A stretch of 64,000 bases of DNA from the IMG/VR virus record IMGVR_UViG_3300045988_056900; one strand, given 5' to 3'. The DNA is from a virus. The translations under genes and the position numbers were made by a program. Below are positions 26,977-37,184 of the stretch, one piece after another (within the stretch, counting starts at the first letter, position 1; the number at the start of each line of letters is the position of its first letter). Below the pieces are notes generated by a model, which was not told where the DNA came from, did no database searches, and saw only the letters and a list, made by a program, of their open reading frames with translations.

Positions 26977-27037
26977 TGTTAAATAATGTTAAATTTCTGT
27001 AGTTAAATAGCTTTAAATATTGTTAATAAATGTTAAA
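26977..27037 (+). promoter_or_regulatory. two copies of the TGTTAA-N4-TGTTAAA motif in the divergent control region
   Basis: TGTTAAATAATGTTAAA (26977-26993) and TGTTAATAAATGTTAAA (27021-27037), upstream of the first plus-strand gene. Confidence 0.5.
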
Positions 27038-27170
27038 GGAATGGGAACCAAACACATATATGAGACGTTATAAGGGGAGTAAGAGGGGTAGTAGTACTTA
27101 CTAGTTACTGTAATCTAAAGTAAGAGTAATAGTTTTTAACTACTTCATACCTTTACTTTAATAGACACAT

Positions 27171-27407
27171 ATGGAAGATATAAAATATAGATTTATTAAT
27201 TTAAATAGTATATCTACAAAAGTACACAATAAACAGATACCTAAATACTTACCTTTTAATGAAGCTTATAACTTATACCAAAGAGCTAAGCATATAGGTA
27301 GAACAGATGATGGTTGGGCTCACATTGTAGAAGTAAATAATTCACATTATCATGTTACTTTAGATAGTGGGCATGTTTATATGACAGAAATAGAAATACT
27401 AAAGTAA
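27171..27407 (+). CDS. hypothetical protein
   Basis: 78-aa ORF, the first gene of the plus-strand arm. Confidence 0.6.
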   Translation: MEDIKYRFINLNSISTKVHNKQIPKYLPFNEAYNLYQRAKHIGRTDDGWAHIVEVNNSHYHVTLDSGHVYMTEIEILK

Positions 27408-27691
27408 TGAATACAAAAGTAACTAGAAAACAAGTAGAAGAAGCTAGAAATTACTTATATAACATTAATACACAATTAGGTATGACACTATACGATCCAG
27501 AATTAGCAGAGATAATCAAGAATAGAGAAGTAGTAGAAATTCAAGGTAAAAGATACCATATAGAGAGTTCTCCTCTAGGTACTTGTGATGGTTGTTGCTT
27601 TATGGGTAAACAATGCCCACAGAGAGCTGTAACTTATTGCACCTCAAATGGTGGAAATATTATAGTAGAAGCAGAACCAAATAAGAAATAA
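27407..27691 (+). CDS. hypothetical Cys-rich protein
   Basis: 94 aa. GTCDGCCFMGKQCPQRAVTYCTS. Confidence 0.6.
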   Translation: MNTKVTRKQVEEARNYLYNINTQLGMTLYDPELAEIIKNREVVEIQGKRYHIESSPLGTCDGCCFMGKQCPQRAVTYCTSNGGNIIVEAEPNKK

Positions 27692-27724
27692 TACGTTATA
27701 GTTAGAAACTAAGTAAAAAAGAAT

Positions 27725-28075
27725 ATGGAAGATAAAGTACTAGAAACAGTAGTTAATGGCATTAAGTGGGAAGTATTGAAGGATGTGTTGGTTAAACCAC
27801 TGCCTGCAATTATGGTTACTAAGGAGTTTACAGAACAAGTACCTAATGGTAAAGTAGATGAAGATGGTTTCAATGAGTATGATACTAAGACTGAAACCAA
27901 GGAAGTAGAATCTGATTGGGCTACAGGTATTGTGTTACAGATTCCTTCACACTTAACAGATGTCAAATTTAAGGTTGGTGATACAGTTGCTTATAATAAG
28001 AAGTTTGCAATGTATTTTGATCTACTAAAAGATACGCAATTGGTGAAACCTTATGACATTATTGCCGTTAAGTAA
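27725..28075 (+). CDS. GroES/Cpn10-like co-chaperonin candidate
   Basis: 116 aa. LKDVLVKPLP, GIVLQIP, FKVGDTVAY and YDIIAVK parallel GroES LHDRVIVKR, GEVLAVG, VKVGDIVIF and SDILAIVE (from memory). Confidence 0.45.
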   Translation: MEDKVLETVVNGIKWEVLKDVLVKPLPAIMVTKEFTEQVPNGKVDEDGFNEYDTKTETKEVESDWATGIVLQIPSHLTDVKFKVGDTVAYNKKFAMYFDLLKDTQLVKPYDIIAVK

Positions 28076-28108
28076 TATAACAATCTAATTAAATTTTTCA
28101 TAATGGAG

Positions 28109-28140
28109 AAGGCTCGACTTAGGTCGGGCTTTCTTTTTAT
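28109..28140 (+). terminator. Rho-independent terminator
   Basis: GCTCGAC-TTAG-GTCGGGC followed by TTTCTTTTTAT. Confidence 0.7.
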
Positions 28141-28141
28141 A

Positions 28142-28169
28142 TGTTAATTAATTGTTAACAAATGTTAAA
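28142..28169 (+). promoter_or_regulatory. overlapping TGTTAA-N4/5-TGTTAA motifs
   Basis: TGTTAATTAATTGTTAACAAATGTTAAA, lying directly after the terminator and before the next gene. Confidence 0.5.
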
Positions 28170-28294
28170 AGCTATTAACAATTATTCACAACTAACGTTT
28201 TATAGGCATATGGAAAAATTAATAGTAGTGGGTCTCTGCTTTTCCATGATATGGCTTGCCGTATGGGGACTCAGTGATAAAAATAAGAAATAAT

Positions 28295-28672
28295 ATGGAA
28301 TATACATTTAAGAAAGATTTTGGCTTTTTCAAAGCAAATGATGTACTTACTTGGGATGAGGATCTTAATGCTTTTACTATGGATGTAAAAGAAGATAACG
28401 GCTTCAGATCTGCTATGATTGATGCAAATACTGCTGAAGATCTGTATGAAGAAGGTCTATTGACAAAGGTTAAACCTAATATTGATAAGATCAGTGCTAC
28501 AGTTAAATTCATTGACTCTTTACTTAATCAATACGAAGATGATTACAAAGAAGTAATGCAGAAGTATAAAGAAGGTAAAGTTCAACCGTGCGTTAAAGTA
28601 GAAGCTGAAACAGTATACTTCAATCTTACTAAAGTATTAAATAAAGTTAGAGAAGAATTGACAAATGAATAA
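28295..28672 (+). CDS. hypothetical protein
   Basis: ATG at 28295 (MEYTFKKDF...). The track start at 28256 is TTG. Confidence 0.65.
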   Translation: MEYTFKKDFGFFKANDVLTWDEDLNAFTMDVKEDNGFRSAMIDANTAEDLYEEGLLTKVKPNIDKISATVKFIDSLLNQYEDDYKEVMQKYKEGKVQPCVKVEAETVYFNLTKVLNKVREELTNE

Positions 28673-29057
28673 ATTGGTTAAGAGTGTATCTAAAACCGAT
28701 TTGTTAAAGGAATTCTTAAAAAGCCTTAATGGCATACTTGATCTAACAGATAGAGAATTGGAGTTGTTAGCAACTTTCATTGACTTAGATGTTAACACTC
28801 CAAAACTCCCCAATATCCACAAGAATGTGATATCTACTGAGAATAGAAAGTATATTAAACGTACTCTGGGTATTACTCCAGATAACTTAAGTAGATACAT
28901 ATCTAAGTTTAAATCTTAGGGGATACTGATGAAAGGGAAGGCCGAGGATGAAGTGTTTGTGAATAAGGCTCTAATTCCTGAAATAATAGGTGATAGAGTA
29001 CAAATCACAGTGATTCTAAAAGTAAAGAAAGATGAAGATGAGATCGTTGATGCTTGA
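28665..29057 (+). CDS. hypothetical protein, extended through TAG at 28917
   Basis: Reads ...LSRYISKFKS[TAG]GILMKGKAEDEVFVNKALIPEIIGDRVQITVILKVKKDEDEIVDA, then TGA. If TAG terminates, the gene is 28665-28919. Confidence 0.5.
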
Positions 29058-29418
29058 TGCAGGTTCAATTATACTATGGAAGGAATATAATCCTATTCGT
29101 AAGTTATGGAGTAAAGTAAGAAGAAAAACGCTGCCATTTAACCGTTTTACTATAGTAGGACAAAAGACAGAATTACTTACTACTGATAAACTTGAGAATG
29201 TAGTAGTTTACGAACCGATCAGAAAGTATAACAAATTAGAGAGTAACAAACTTATGACTATTACTTTTGGATTAGGTTCTTCAAAGGAATGGGATGAAGT
29301 AGTTACTATAATTAATATAGTACGACCTAACACACTACTTGCTACTAATAGTATTGATAAGTGTAAGTACTATAAGAGAGTAGAATGGAATGAGAAACTA
29401 GACGAGTATATATACTAA
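29032..29418 (+). CDS. hypothetical protein
   Basis: 128-aa ORF. An alternative start at 29050 gives an ATGCTTGA overlap. Confidence 0.6.
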   Translation: MKMRSLMLDAGSIILWKEYNPIRKLWSKVRRKTLPFNRFTIVGQKTELLTTDKLENVVVYEPIRKYNKLESNKLMTITFGLGSSKEWDEVVTIINIVRPNTLLATNSIDKCKYYKRVEWNEKLDEYIY

Positions 29419-29590
29419 ACTCAGTAATAAGTATAACATACCATATCAAGTAGTAGAAGTAATATGCAATAGTCCTTTCAAGTTTGCTAATAAAGCAATA
29501 ACAGAACTTGATCCCAAACCAGTTATGATGGCTTACTTAGGTAAGTTTAAAGTAAAGAGAAGACATGAAGAAGACGCCAAGAGTAGATAG
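29390..29590 (+). CDS. small protein with TAG at codon 4
   Basis: MRN[TAG]TSIYTKLSNKYNIPYQVVEVICNSPFKFANKAITELDPKPVMMAYLGKFKVKRRHEEDAKSR. Ends at TAG 29588, or at TAA 29615 if read through. Confidence 0.4.
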
Positions 29591-30026
29591 ATACGACCCA
29601 ATAATATACCCTCGTAAATTATGGGTAACAGGAGATGTAATTGGATTAAACAAGATCTTTAAGTTTAATAAGTTAGATAATACTAAAGAGGAATGTGCAT
29701 CAGCTTATGATGAACTTGTAGAAGAATATAACACTACTAAAGATGGATGGCTTACTTGTCCTGTAACACATAAAGCAACTGGTGAATACGGAGCCTTAGT
29801 AATAATAATGGATAGCAGTATAGAAGCAGGTGGAGAAGCCCACGAAGCAGTACATGTAGCTGATTATATATTTGACGAATTAGGAATGTATACACAGTCA
29901 TTTGCAAATCATAATGAACAATACGCATACTTGGTAGGTTGGGTAGCAGGATGCATAAGTAAAACACTAGTAAATATAAAAAGAGAATATGACACACGAA
30001 GAGAGTCTGATGATGTGGAAGCTTGA
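29565..30026 (+). CDS. hypothetical protein with an HExxH motif (possible zinc metallopeptidase)
   Basis: 153 aa. GGEAHEAVHVADYIF. Confidence 0.6.
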   Translation: MKKTPRVDRYDPIIYPRKLWVTGDVIGLNKIFKFNKLDNTKEECASAYDELVEEYNTTKDGWLTCPVTHKATGEYGALVIIMDSSIEAGGEAHEAVHVADYIFDELGMYTQSFANHNEQYAYLVGWVAGCISKTLVNIKREYDTRRESDDVEA

Positions 30027-30399
30027 GATGGAAAACTTCAATAAGAATATCGGGTTGGCTTCCAAAGATATGAAAAAGATGTACAGCATACTTGATACTG
30101 TAATTAATGAAGGTATTGTTACTTATGAAGACTTTACTAATGATATGATTGATGAACTTACTACTCTAATGGTAGAAGAAGGGAAATCAGGAAATGGACA
30201 GAAAGATAGAGCTACTGAAATTGATATCATATGTAAACGTTTAACTGAGAAGTATGAAGCAAAACATAAAGAAGGAAAGTCTGGAGCAGGAGATACAGAA
30301 CTTTCAGCAGATAATACAGAAGTATCAGACAATGAAGAGTTACTCGAATCCGAATGTACCGATGAGGAGAGCAATGGAGATAGTACAGAGATTAAATAA
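29989..30399 (+). CDS. acidic hypothetical protein
   Basis: 136-aa ORF. Confidence 0.6.
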   Translation: MTHEESLMMWKLEMENFNKNIGLASKDMKKMYSILDTVINEGIVTYEDFTNDMIDELTTLMVEEGKSGNGQKDRATEIDIICKRLTEKYEAKHKEGKSGAGDTELSADNTEVSDNEELLESECTDEESNGDSTEIK

Positions 30400-30432
30400 A
30401 GAGAAGTATTTAGGTTATAGAATTGATTGATT

Positions 30433-30804
30433 ATGGTAAAATATTGCGCAAAAGTAAATAATGCTAATATCTACAAAGTAGATTTTGAGAAAGAAGAGTT
30501 CGAGTCTGTTAGTTACTTCAGTGATATTGACTATCGTTATATTATACCAGAAGATGGTATCTTAGAGATAACTGATAAGAACGGTAATAAGAAATCTATT
30601 GAAGTAAAACAGTATGATATGCTACTTAAGATGTACAGTACTACTGGTGACTATGACGATAAAGAGTTCATAGTGATAGATAATCCAGAATTGAAGGACT
30701 ATTATCGTAGAAGAATTGAGAGACTGGAAGCTGATAGAAAAGCAAGAAAAGCAGTATCTGGTGAGAAAGTTTGTTGTGATTGTGAACCAGACGGAGAAAA
30801 GTGA
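30433..30804 (+). CDS. hypothetical protein
   Basis: ATG at 30433 (MVKYCAKV...). Confidence 0.6.
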   Translation: MVKYCAKVNNANIYKVDFEKEEFESVSYFSDIDYRYIIPEDGILEITDKNGNKKSIEVKQYDMLLKMYSTTGDYDDKEFIVIDNPELKDYYRRRIERLEADRKARKAVSGEKVCCDCEPDGEK

Positions 30805-31130
30805 TGGAAAAGATTTTAATTAAAAGAGGTCGTATCGTAGTATACGATACTGACACTAACAGCATAGGATATTGTAGCCCAACATATGTATATTGTAATG
30901 AAATGTACTCTCCACAAAAGAGTGGACAAGTAATCACGGAAACTTAGTTGATTGATGTTAATGCTGGAGATATCGTCATTCCAATATATTATTTCTCTAA
31001 GAAAGAGAATAAGGAAATGACTGAAGTAATAGTCATTACAGACAAAGTTGCTGCTTATGATCTGAATAAAGCTTTAGAGAAAATGAAGTATCACAAAGAA
31101 TATAAAGAAGAAAAGAATGAATCTTGTTGA
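30804..31130 (+). CDS. hypothetical protein with one in-frame TAG
   Basis: ATG at 30804 and TAG at 30945-30947 join MEKILIKRGR...VITET to the track ORF 30948-31130 in the same frame. Confidence 0.55.
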
Positions 31131-31650
31131 TATAGTAGGCGGTAAAGTAGTAATTCATCCTGACTTATACTTTGTACCAGCATTTAAAAAGCTATACGAA
31201 CAAGACACTTCAGAAGATAAGATTCATCAAGAGCTTGTTATTACTTATATAGTACTTATGCATAAGTGGAGTAGCCCATATAAGAAGAGTATGGATGCTT
31301 CTACTAGGGAAATAAGGTTAAAAGAGCAAGTATTCAACGATGTAAATTATCAGCTTACTGAAGATGAAAAAATAGCTGAACAAGAATACATAGATTGGCA
31401 GAATACTAGAATACTAAAGATGCTAGACGCTCAAATGAACAAATTAGACTCAGTTACTAAGTGGTATGAAGAGTCATTAGATGATTGTTTGGATGAGAAG
31501 AAGATCAAGGATCTACTAGCTGGAATGGGTTCTACAGCAAATACTATTAAGAGTATAGAAGCATTAAAATCTATGGTTCAAGCTGAGGAATTAACTATGG
31601 GTAAAGTAAAAGGGGACGCCAAGGTTAATCCTTATGAGTTGGCAGGATAA
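31117..31650 (+). CDS. hypothetical protein (its position is compatible with a small terminase subunit, not shown)
   Basis: 177-aa ORF upstream of the tRNA/terL cluster. Confidence 0.65.
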   Translation: MNLVDIVGGKVVIHPDLYFVPAFKKLYEQDTSEDKIHQELVITYIVLMHKWSSPYKKSMDASTREIRLKEQVFNDVNYQLTEDEKIAEQEYIDWQNTRILKMLDAQMNKLDSVTKWYEESLDDCLDEKKIKDLLAGMGSTANTIKSIEALKSMVQAEELTMGKVKGDAKVNPYELAG

Positions 31651-31711
31651 TACAGTAAAGAACAACATAAAATAAACAACACGTTATAAGTGTTATAAAT
31701 TTAGACTAAAT

Positions 31712-31846
31712 ATGAAAAGAATGATTATTTCGATTGATGCAACACAAGGTGCAGAAAAATTTTGGGAAGAAATTAATGAAGCACACGAAGCTATAATGAA
31801 GGCGAAAAAGCCTTCATTGTGGCAAAGAATTAAATCTTGGTTCTAA
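31712..31846 (+). CDS. 44-aa ORF
   Basis: MKRMIISIDATQGAEKFWEEINEAHEAIMKAKKPSLWQRIKSWF, TAA stop. Confidence 0.35.
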   Translation: MKRMIISIDATQGAEKFWEEINEAHEAIMKAKKPSLWQRIKSWF

Positions 31847-31890
31847 ACCAAAAGGTCCGACGGGGACGGACAACAAATATTCCCCGGCAC

Positions 31891-31993
31891 GGGAGAGTGG
31901 CGGAATGGTATACGGCAGTAGATTGACGGAAGCGCCCTAAAGTCGTCGTTAACAAAGCTCTTGGGTTTGAAAGTTCGAATCTTTCCTCTCCCG
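31891..31993 (+). ncRNA. 103-nt non-canonical tRNA-like element
   Basis: Acceptor GGGAGAG/CTCTCCC. tRNA-Leu-like GTGGCGGAATGGTATAC. Perfect T-arm GAAAG-TTCGAAT-CTTTC. The 69-nt interior has no canonical 5-bp/7-nt anticodon arm in any register I tried. Confidence 0.35.
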
Positions 31994-32001
31994 CTTAATA
32001 T

Positions 32002-32076
32002 TGCCCTATGGTGTAATGGTTAGCACAGGAGGCTCTAACCCTCTTAGTCTGCGTTCGAGTCGTAGTAGGGCTACCA
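32002..32076 (+). tRNA. amber suppressor tRNA, anticodon CTA (reads TAG), tRNA-Gln-like
   Basis: Cloverleaf TGCCCTA-TG-GTGT-AATGGTTA-GCAC-A-GGAGG-CTCTAAC-CCTCT-TAGT-CTGCG-TTCGAGT-CGTAG-TAGGGCT-A-CCA. The anticodon is at 32035-32037. CCA is encoded. Confidence 0.85.
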
Positions 32077-32094
32077 ATAAAGATATTAAACGGA

Positions 32095-34146
32095 ATGGTA
32101 GACTTCAATAAATAGATAAAAAACAGCAATAAGTTTAGACAGCCGGCTCTGAGATTTCTCGAAGTCGGCTCTTATTGTTAGTACCCAGAAGGTACATCAG
32201 AGTACTTTAAATACTGGGACGAATAGATGGATAGATGTAAATATGGTTATACAGCTGATGATGGAGATTTCATCAGTGGGTATAACTATTTTTATTTAAA
32301 CTTCTGTCCTATTCAAAGAATTATCTATACTACTATAAATAATCCAGATGGATCTACTAAGATAAAAAAGACGCGTGATCTATAGTTTCCAGACTTCTAC
32401 GATTACGACTATTACTTCTTTCAAGCAGTAGAAGATGCTGAAGGAGAAGGTAAACACTTATGTGCATTAAAGAGTAGACGTAAGGGTTATTCTTATAAGA
32501 ATGCAGCTATGGCTTGTCGTAACTATTACCTGTTTGCTGGTAGTAAAACATACATATATGCTAGTAATAAACAGTACTTAACAGAAGACGGTATTCTTAC
32601 TAAAGCATGGGACTATATGGACTTTATAGATAAGAATACAGCTTGGGGTAAGAAAAGATCTGTTAATACTTAGATGCGTAAACGTGCTGGATTCTTTACT
32701 AAAGATGAGTATGGTAATGAGATAGAATTAGGTTTCAAGTCAGAAATAATTGGTGTTACTCTAAAAGATAATCCTGACGTAGTTCGTGGTAAAGCTGGTA
32801 AATTAATTATCTTTGAAGAAGCTGGTTCATTCTCAGAACTAGGTGCCGCATGGCAGATTGCTAGACCGTCTGTAGAACAAGATGGTATGGCATTCGGTAC
32901 TATGATTGCATTCGGTACAGGTGGTGACGAAGATAGCCATTTTGAGACTCTTAAAGATATGTTCTATAATCCAGATGGTTATAACTGTATAGGATTTGAT
33001 AACATATGGGATGAAACTCCATCAGATAAAAAGTGTGGATTCTTTATACCTCAGTATACTAACATGGACTTCCGTGATGATGCCGGTAACAGAATATACA
33101 TGGACAATGATGGAAATACATTACGTAGAAAGTCAGTAGAGTATATATTAGCTGAGCGTAGAAAAGTAATAGAGAATGCTACTAACTCTGTAGCCGTAGA
33201 TAGATACGTTGCAGAACACTGTATAACGCCCTAGGAAGCGTGTTTGGAGTTTGGTGGTAACATATTCCCTAAAAAGGAATTACAAGAGCAATTAGCCAAA
33301 ATACGTATCAATAAGAGCCTTAGTAATATGAAGCAAGTAGGCGATCTAGTATGGGAAGCAGATGGATCACTTAAATGGGTTATTAAGAAACACGGTGATA
33401 TTACGTATTATCCTTTGAAAAAAGACGATGATCCTACAGGTTCAATAGTAATATGGGAACACCCAATGAAAGACGCTCCTATAGGATTATACATACTAGG
33501 AGTCGACCCATATGACCATGATTAGTCTGGTACTAACTCATTAGGATCTACATTCGTATATAAGCGATTCTAGGACTTTGAGAACTATTATGATATAATT
33601 GTTGCTGAATATACTGGACGTCCATCAACAGCTGAAGAATACTATGAAAATCTACGTAAGCTAGCAGTATACTATAATGGTAGGATAATGTATGAGAATG
33701 AGCGTAAAGGCTTATTTCCTTACTTTACTGCTAAGCATTGTGATTATTTATTAGCAGATCAACCTGATATTATCTCTGATATAGTAGGTAATACTAAAGT
33801 ATAGAGAAAGAAAGGTTGTCATATGAATAAGTAGATCAAACAATGGGGTGAAGGCCTAATCAAAGATTGGCTAAACGAAGAACAAGCACCTGGCAAGAAG
33901 AACCTACATAACATACTATCAGAGCCGCTATTAGAAGAACTTATAAGCTATAATGACACTGGAAACTTCGATAGGGTCATGGCGTTGATGCAAGTAATGA
34001 TTTATAGAGAACAGCTCTATAATGTAAAGGTTAAAGAGAAGAAAAAAGAGAACAAGAATAGGATACTATTTGAAGGTCCTATCTTCACTCAAGAATGGTT
34101 TCATGACGATGAATCCATTGATAATCTAAAAGCATATATGTTTTAA
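32095..34146 (+). CDS. terL: terminase large subunit, 10 in-frame TAG codons
   Basis: Single frame from ATG 32095 to TAA 34144. TAGs begin at 32113, 32179, 32224, 32383, 32671, 33232, 33523 and three more. Motifs include YFKYWDE, ALKSRRKGYSY, LIIFEEAG and GVDPYDHD[TAG]SGTNSLGS. Confidence 0.85.
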
Positions 34147-34148
34147 TT

Positions 34149-34682
34149 ATGAATGAAGTTTGGAAAGATATTGTAGATTTTCCAGGTTATTAGGTATCTA
34201 ATTTGGGAAGAGTAAAATCCACATCACGTATAGTAAGTGTAAATGATGGAAAACGTTCATATACTTACACTATACCAGAAAGGATTATGAAACTTTCTGT
34301 AAGAGGTAATTATCTATGTGTAACGTTATGTTTATATGGAAAACATATAAATGCTATAGTTCACAGATTAGTGGCTAAAGCATTTATACCAAATCCATAT
34401 GATTATCCTGAAGTTAATCATAAAGATGAAAATAAGCTAAACAACAATGTGGATAATTTGGAATGGTGTACTAGGCACTATAATAAAAATTATGGTACTG
34501 GAAACATTAGAAGTTCAGCCGCTAGAAGTAAAAAAATATTACAAATCATAGACAATGGTTATGTGGAATGGCCAAGTATAAATGCTGCTGCTAGAAATTT
34601 CGGTGTAACTAGTGCTTCTATAAGTTCAGCATGTGAACGAAAACATAAATGTTGTAATTATTATTGGCAATATAAGATATGA
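34149..34682 (+). CDS. free-standing HNH homing endonuclease (NUMOD4 plus HNH_3-like)
   Basis: [14 protein letters not shown][TAG]VSNLGRVKS..., [19 protein letters not shown], and a C-terminal helix-turn-helix-like [13 protein letters not shown]. Confidence 0.8.
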
Positions 34683-34696
34683 GAAATATAAATCAA

Positions 34697-37183
34697 ATGC
34701 CCATTTAGAAACTACCGGCAAACAAAAAGACAGAAGATTGGAAATAGGCCAATATTGATTACATTATAGGTAGAAGTATGGGAGGTTCTAGAAATGGCAA
34801 TAACAGAACTCGCAAAGAGGAAATGTAGACATACTATGATCTTTATAATAGTATATACAATGAGAAAGATCTAAAGTATGTTACTAATCCATTTAAGCAA
34901 TAGGATGGATTTCCTGCAATGGCATAGGACTATAATATAGTTAAGCCTAAGATTGACCTACTATTAGGAGAAGAAACAAAAAGACCATTTAACTTCAAAG
35001 TAGTACGTACTAGTGAGATAGCTACTAGTGAGATGTAGGATAAGGCTAAAGAACTCCTTATTCAGTACATACAAGCTACTATTATGAGTAAGTTAGGTCC
35101 AGAAGAACAAGCTAGATATCAGCAAGCATTGCAGTCTGGTGAGATTATGCCTCCTGAATAGATACAGAAATACATGAGTAAAGACTATAAGGATATAGCA
35201 GAGATAACTGCATACCATAGTTTGAATTATTTAAAGAATAAACTTAACATTACACATGAGTTCTATAAAGGCTGGAAGGATGCACTAATAGGCGGGGAGG
35301 AGATCTATTACGTAGGTATACAGAATGGTAATCCCTGCCTAGAGCGCATTAATCCTATTTACTTTGATTACGATACAGATACTTCAGACTTAGAATATAT
35401 CCATGACGCTCAATGGTGCGTATATGAGATGAAATTATCTGCTACTGATATATATGACCGGTATTATGACAAACTATCTGAGAAGCAGCTAAATCAGCTC
35501 CTAGACATGATGGATGATACGTCTAAAGGAGGGTTCAATCCTGAAGTAAGAAAGACATCGTTAGACTACCCACATATAAAGACTCATAGTATTAATGGGT
35601 TTACATCTAACCCGTTTGATAGTACTAATGCAATTAGTGTATGGCATTGTTGTTGGTAGTCATTTAGAAAGATAGCATTTGTTACTATTGCAGACCCTGA
35701 AACAGGAGAACCAGTAGAGTATATCGTAGATGAATCATACAATGAGACAGGTACTGAAATAAGCGTAGAATGGAAATGGATCATTGAGACATGGGAAGGA
35801 TATAGAGCTGGAGATGACCTTTACTTTGGTATGGGTCCTATTGAGTACCAACACGTATCTGCTGATAATCCTAATGCACAAAGATTGCCATATACTGGAG
35901 TAATATACAATAATACCAATAGTAGACCTAGATCATTAGTAAGTATGATGAAACCATTACAGTACATGTATATTGTACTTTGGTATCGTCTAGAACTTGC
36001 TATGTCAAGAGATAAGGGTAAAGTAGTAAATATGGATATTACTTAGATTCCTAAGTCTATGAATATAGACGTAGCTAAGTGGATGCATTACTTATCTGCA
36101 CTTGGAGTTAACTTCATCAACCCATATGAAGAAGGTTGGGATATACCAGGTAGAGAAGGTGGTAAACCGTCATAGTTCAATCAGATCACAGCATTAGACC
36201 TTACTATGGCTAATACTATTGATCAGTATATAGCATTGATGGATAAGATAGAAGCCATGTTGTCAGAGATAACTGGTGTATCTAAACAACGTGAAGGTTC
36301 TATTTCATCTAATGAATTAGTAGGTAATGTAGAAAGATCTGTAGTACAATCAGCTCATATTACAGAGCCATGGTTTTGGGTTCATAACCAAGTAAAGAGA
36401 GAGTGTTTGATTATGCTATTAAATACAGCTAAGTATGCTTGGAAGGATAGTAAGACGAGTTTGCAGTATGTATTTGATGATGCTACTAGAGCATTTATGA
36501 CTCTTAATGATGATATGTTCTATGAAGATTTTGATATATTTGTAGAAGATACTACTAAGAATCAACAACAGATAGAAGCCCTTAAGAACCTTATGCAACC
36601 TGCTATGCAGAATGGCGCTAGTCTATTAGATATTGCTGAAATCATTACTCTGGACAATGTTACTATGATCAAAAATAGATTAGAGGAAATTGAACAGAAA
36701 CGTATGGAACAACAGCAAGCTATGGAACAAGCACAAGCTGAACGTGAACAGTAGATGTTACAAATGCAGAATGAGGTTAAGGAAGAAGAGTTAATGATCA
36801 AAGAAGCAGAAATGGATCTTAAGAAATATGAGATTGATCAGAATAATGCAACTAAGATTACAGTAGCTCAACTTAATGCTTATAGAGGTTTGGAAGATCA
36901 AGATCAGAATGATAATGGTATTCCAGATACTATGGAAATAGCAGCACAAGCACTTGAAGAGAGAAAGCAAGCATCAGAAGAAGCTTCTAAACAGTTTGAG
37001 TTCAATGCTAAGATGCGTGAATAGAACTTAAAGAAAGAAATAGAAGAGAAGAAAGTAGCTTTAGAGAAGTAGAAATTAGAATCTCAAAAAGAGTTACAGA
37101 AGATGAAAGATGACGCTGCAATGGAAAGAGAGAAACTGAAAGCACGCACAGCAATTCGCAATAAAGTAGCAGGAGAGAAATAA
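34697..37183 (+). CDS. portal protein, 13 in-frame TAG codons
   Basis: One frame from ATG 34697 to TAA 37181 (828 aa) joins track ORFs 35174, 35831, 36206 and 36755. It lies after terL and has a Q/E/K-rich coiled-coil tail. Confidence 0.8.
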
Positions 37184-37184
37184 T

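Noticed and set aside
32227-32229. ATG at 32227 as the terL start.
   Set aside because: The frame stays open upstream through three TAGs to ATG 32095. The added residues (...EVGSYC[TAG]YPEGTSEYFKYWDE[TAG]MDRCKYGY) look like a genuine TerL N-terminus. The shorter start remains possible if those TAGs terminate.
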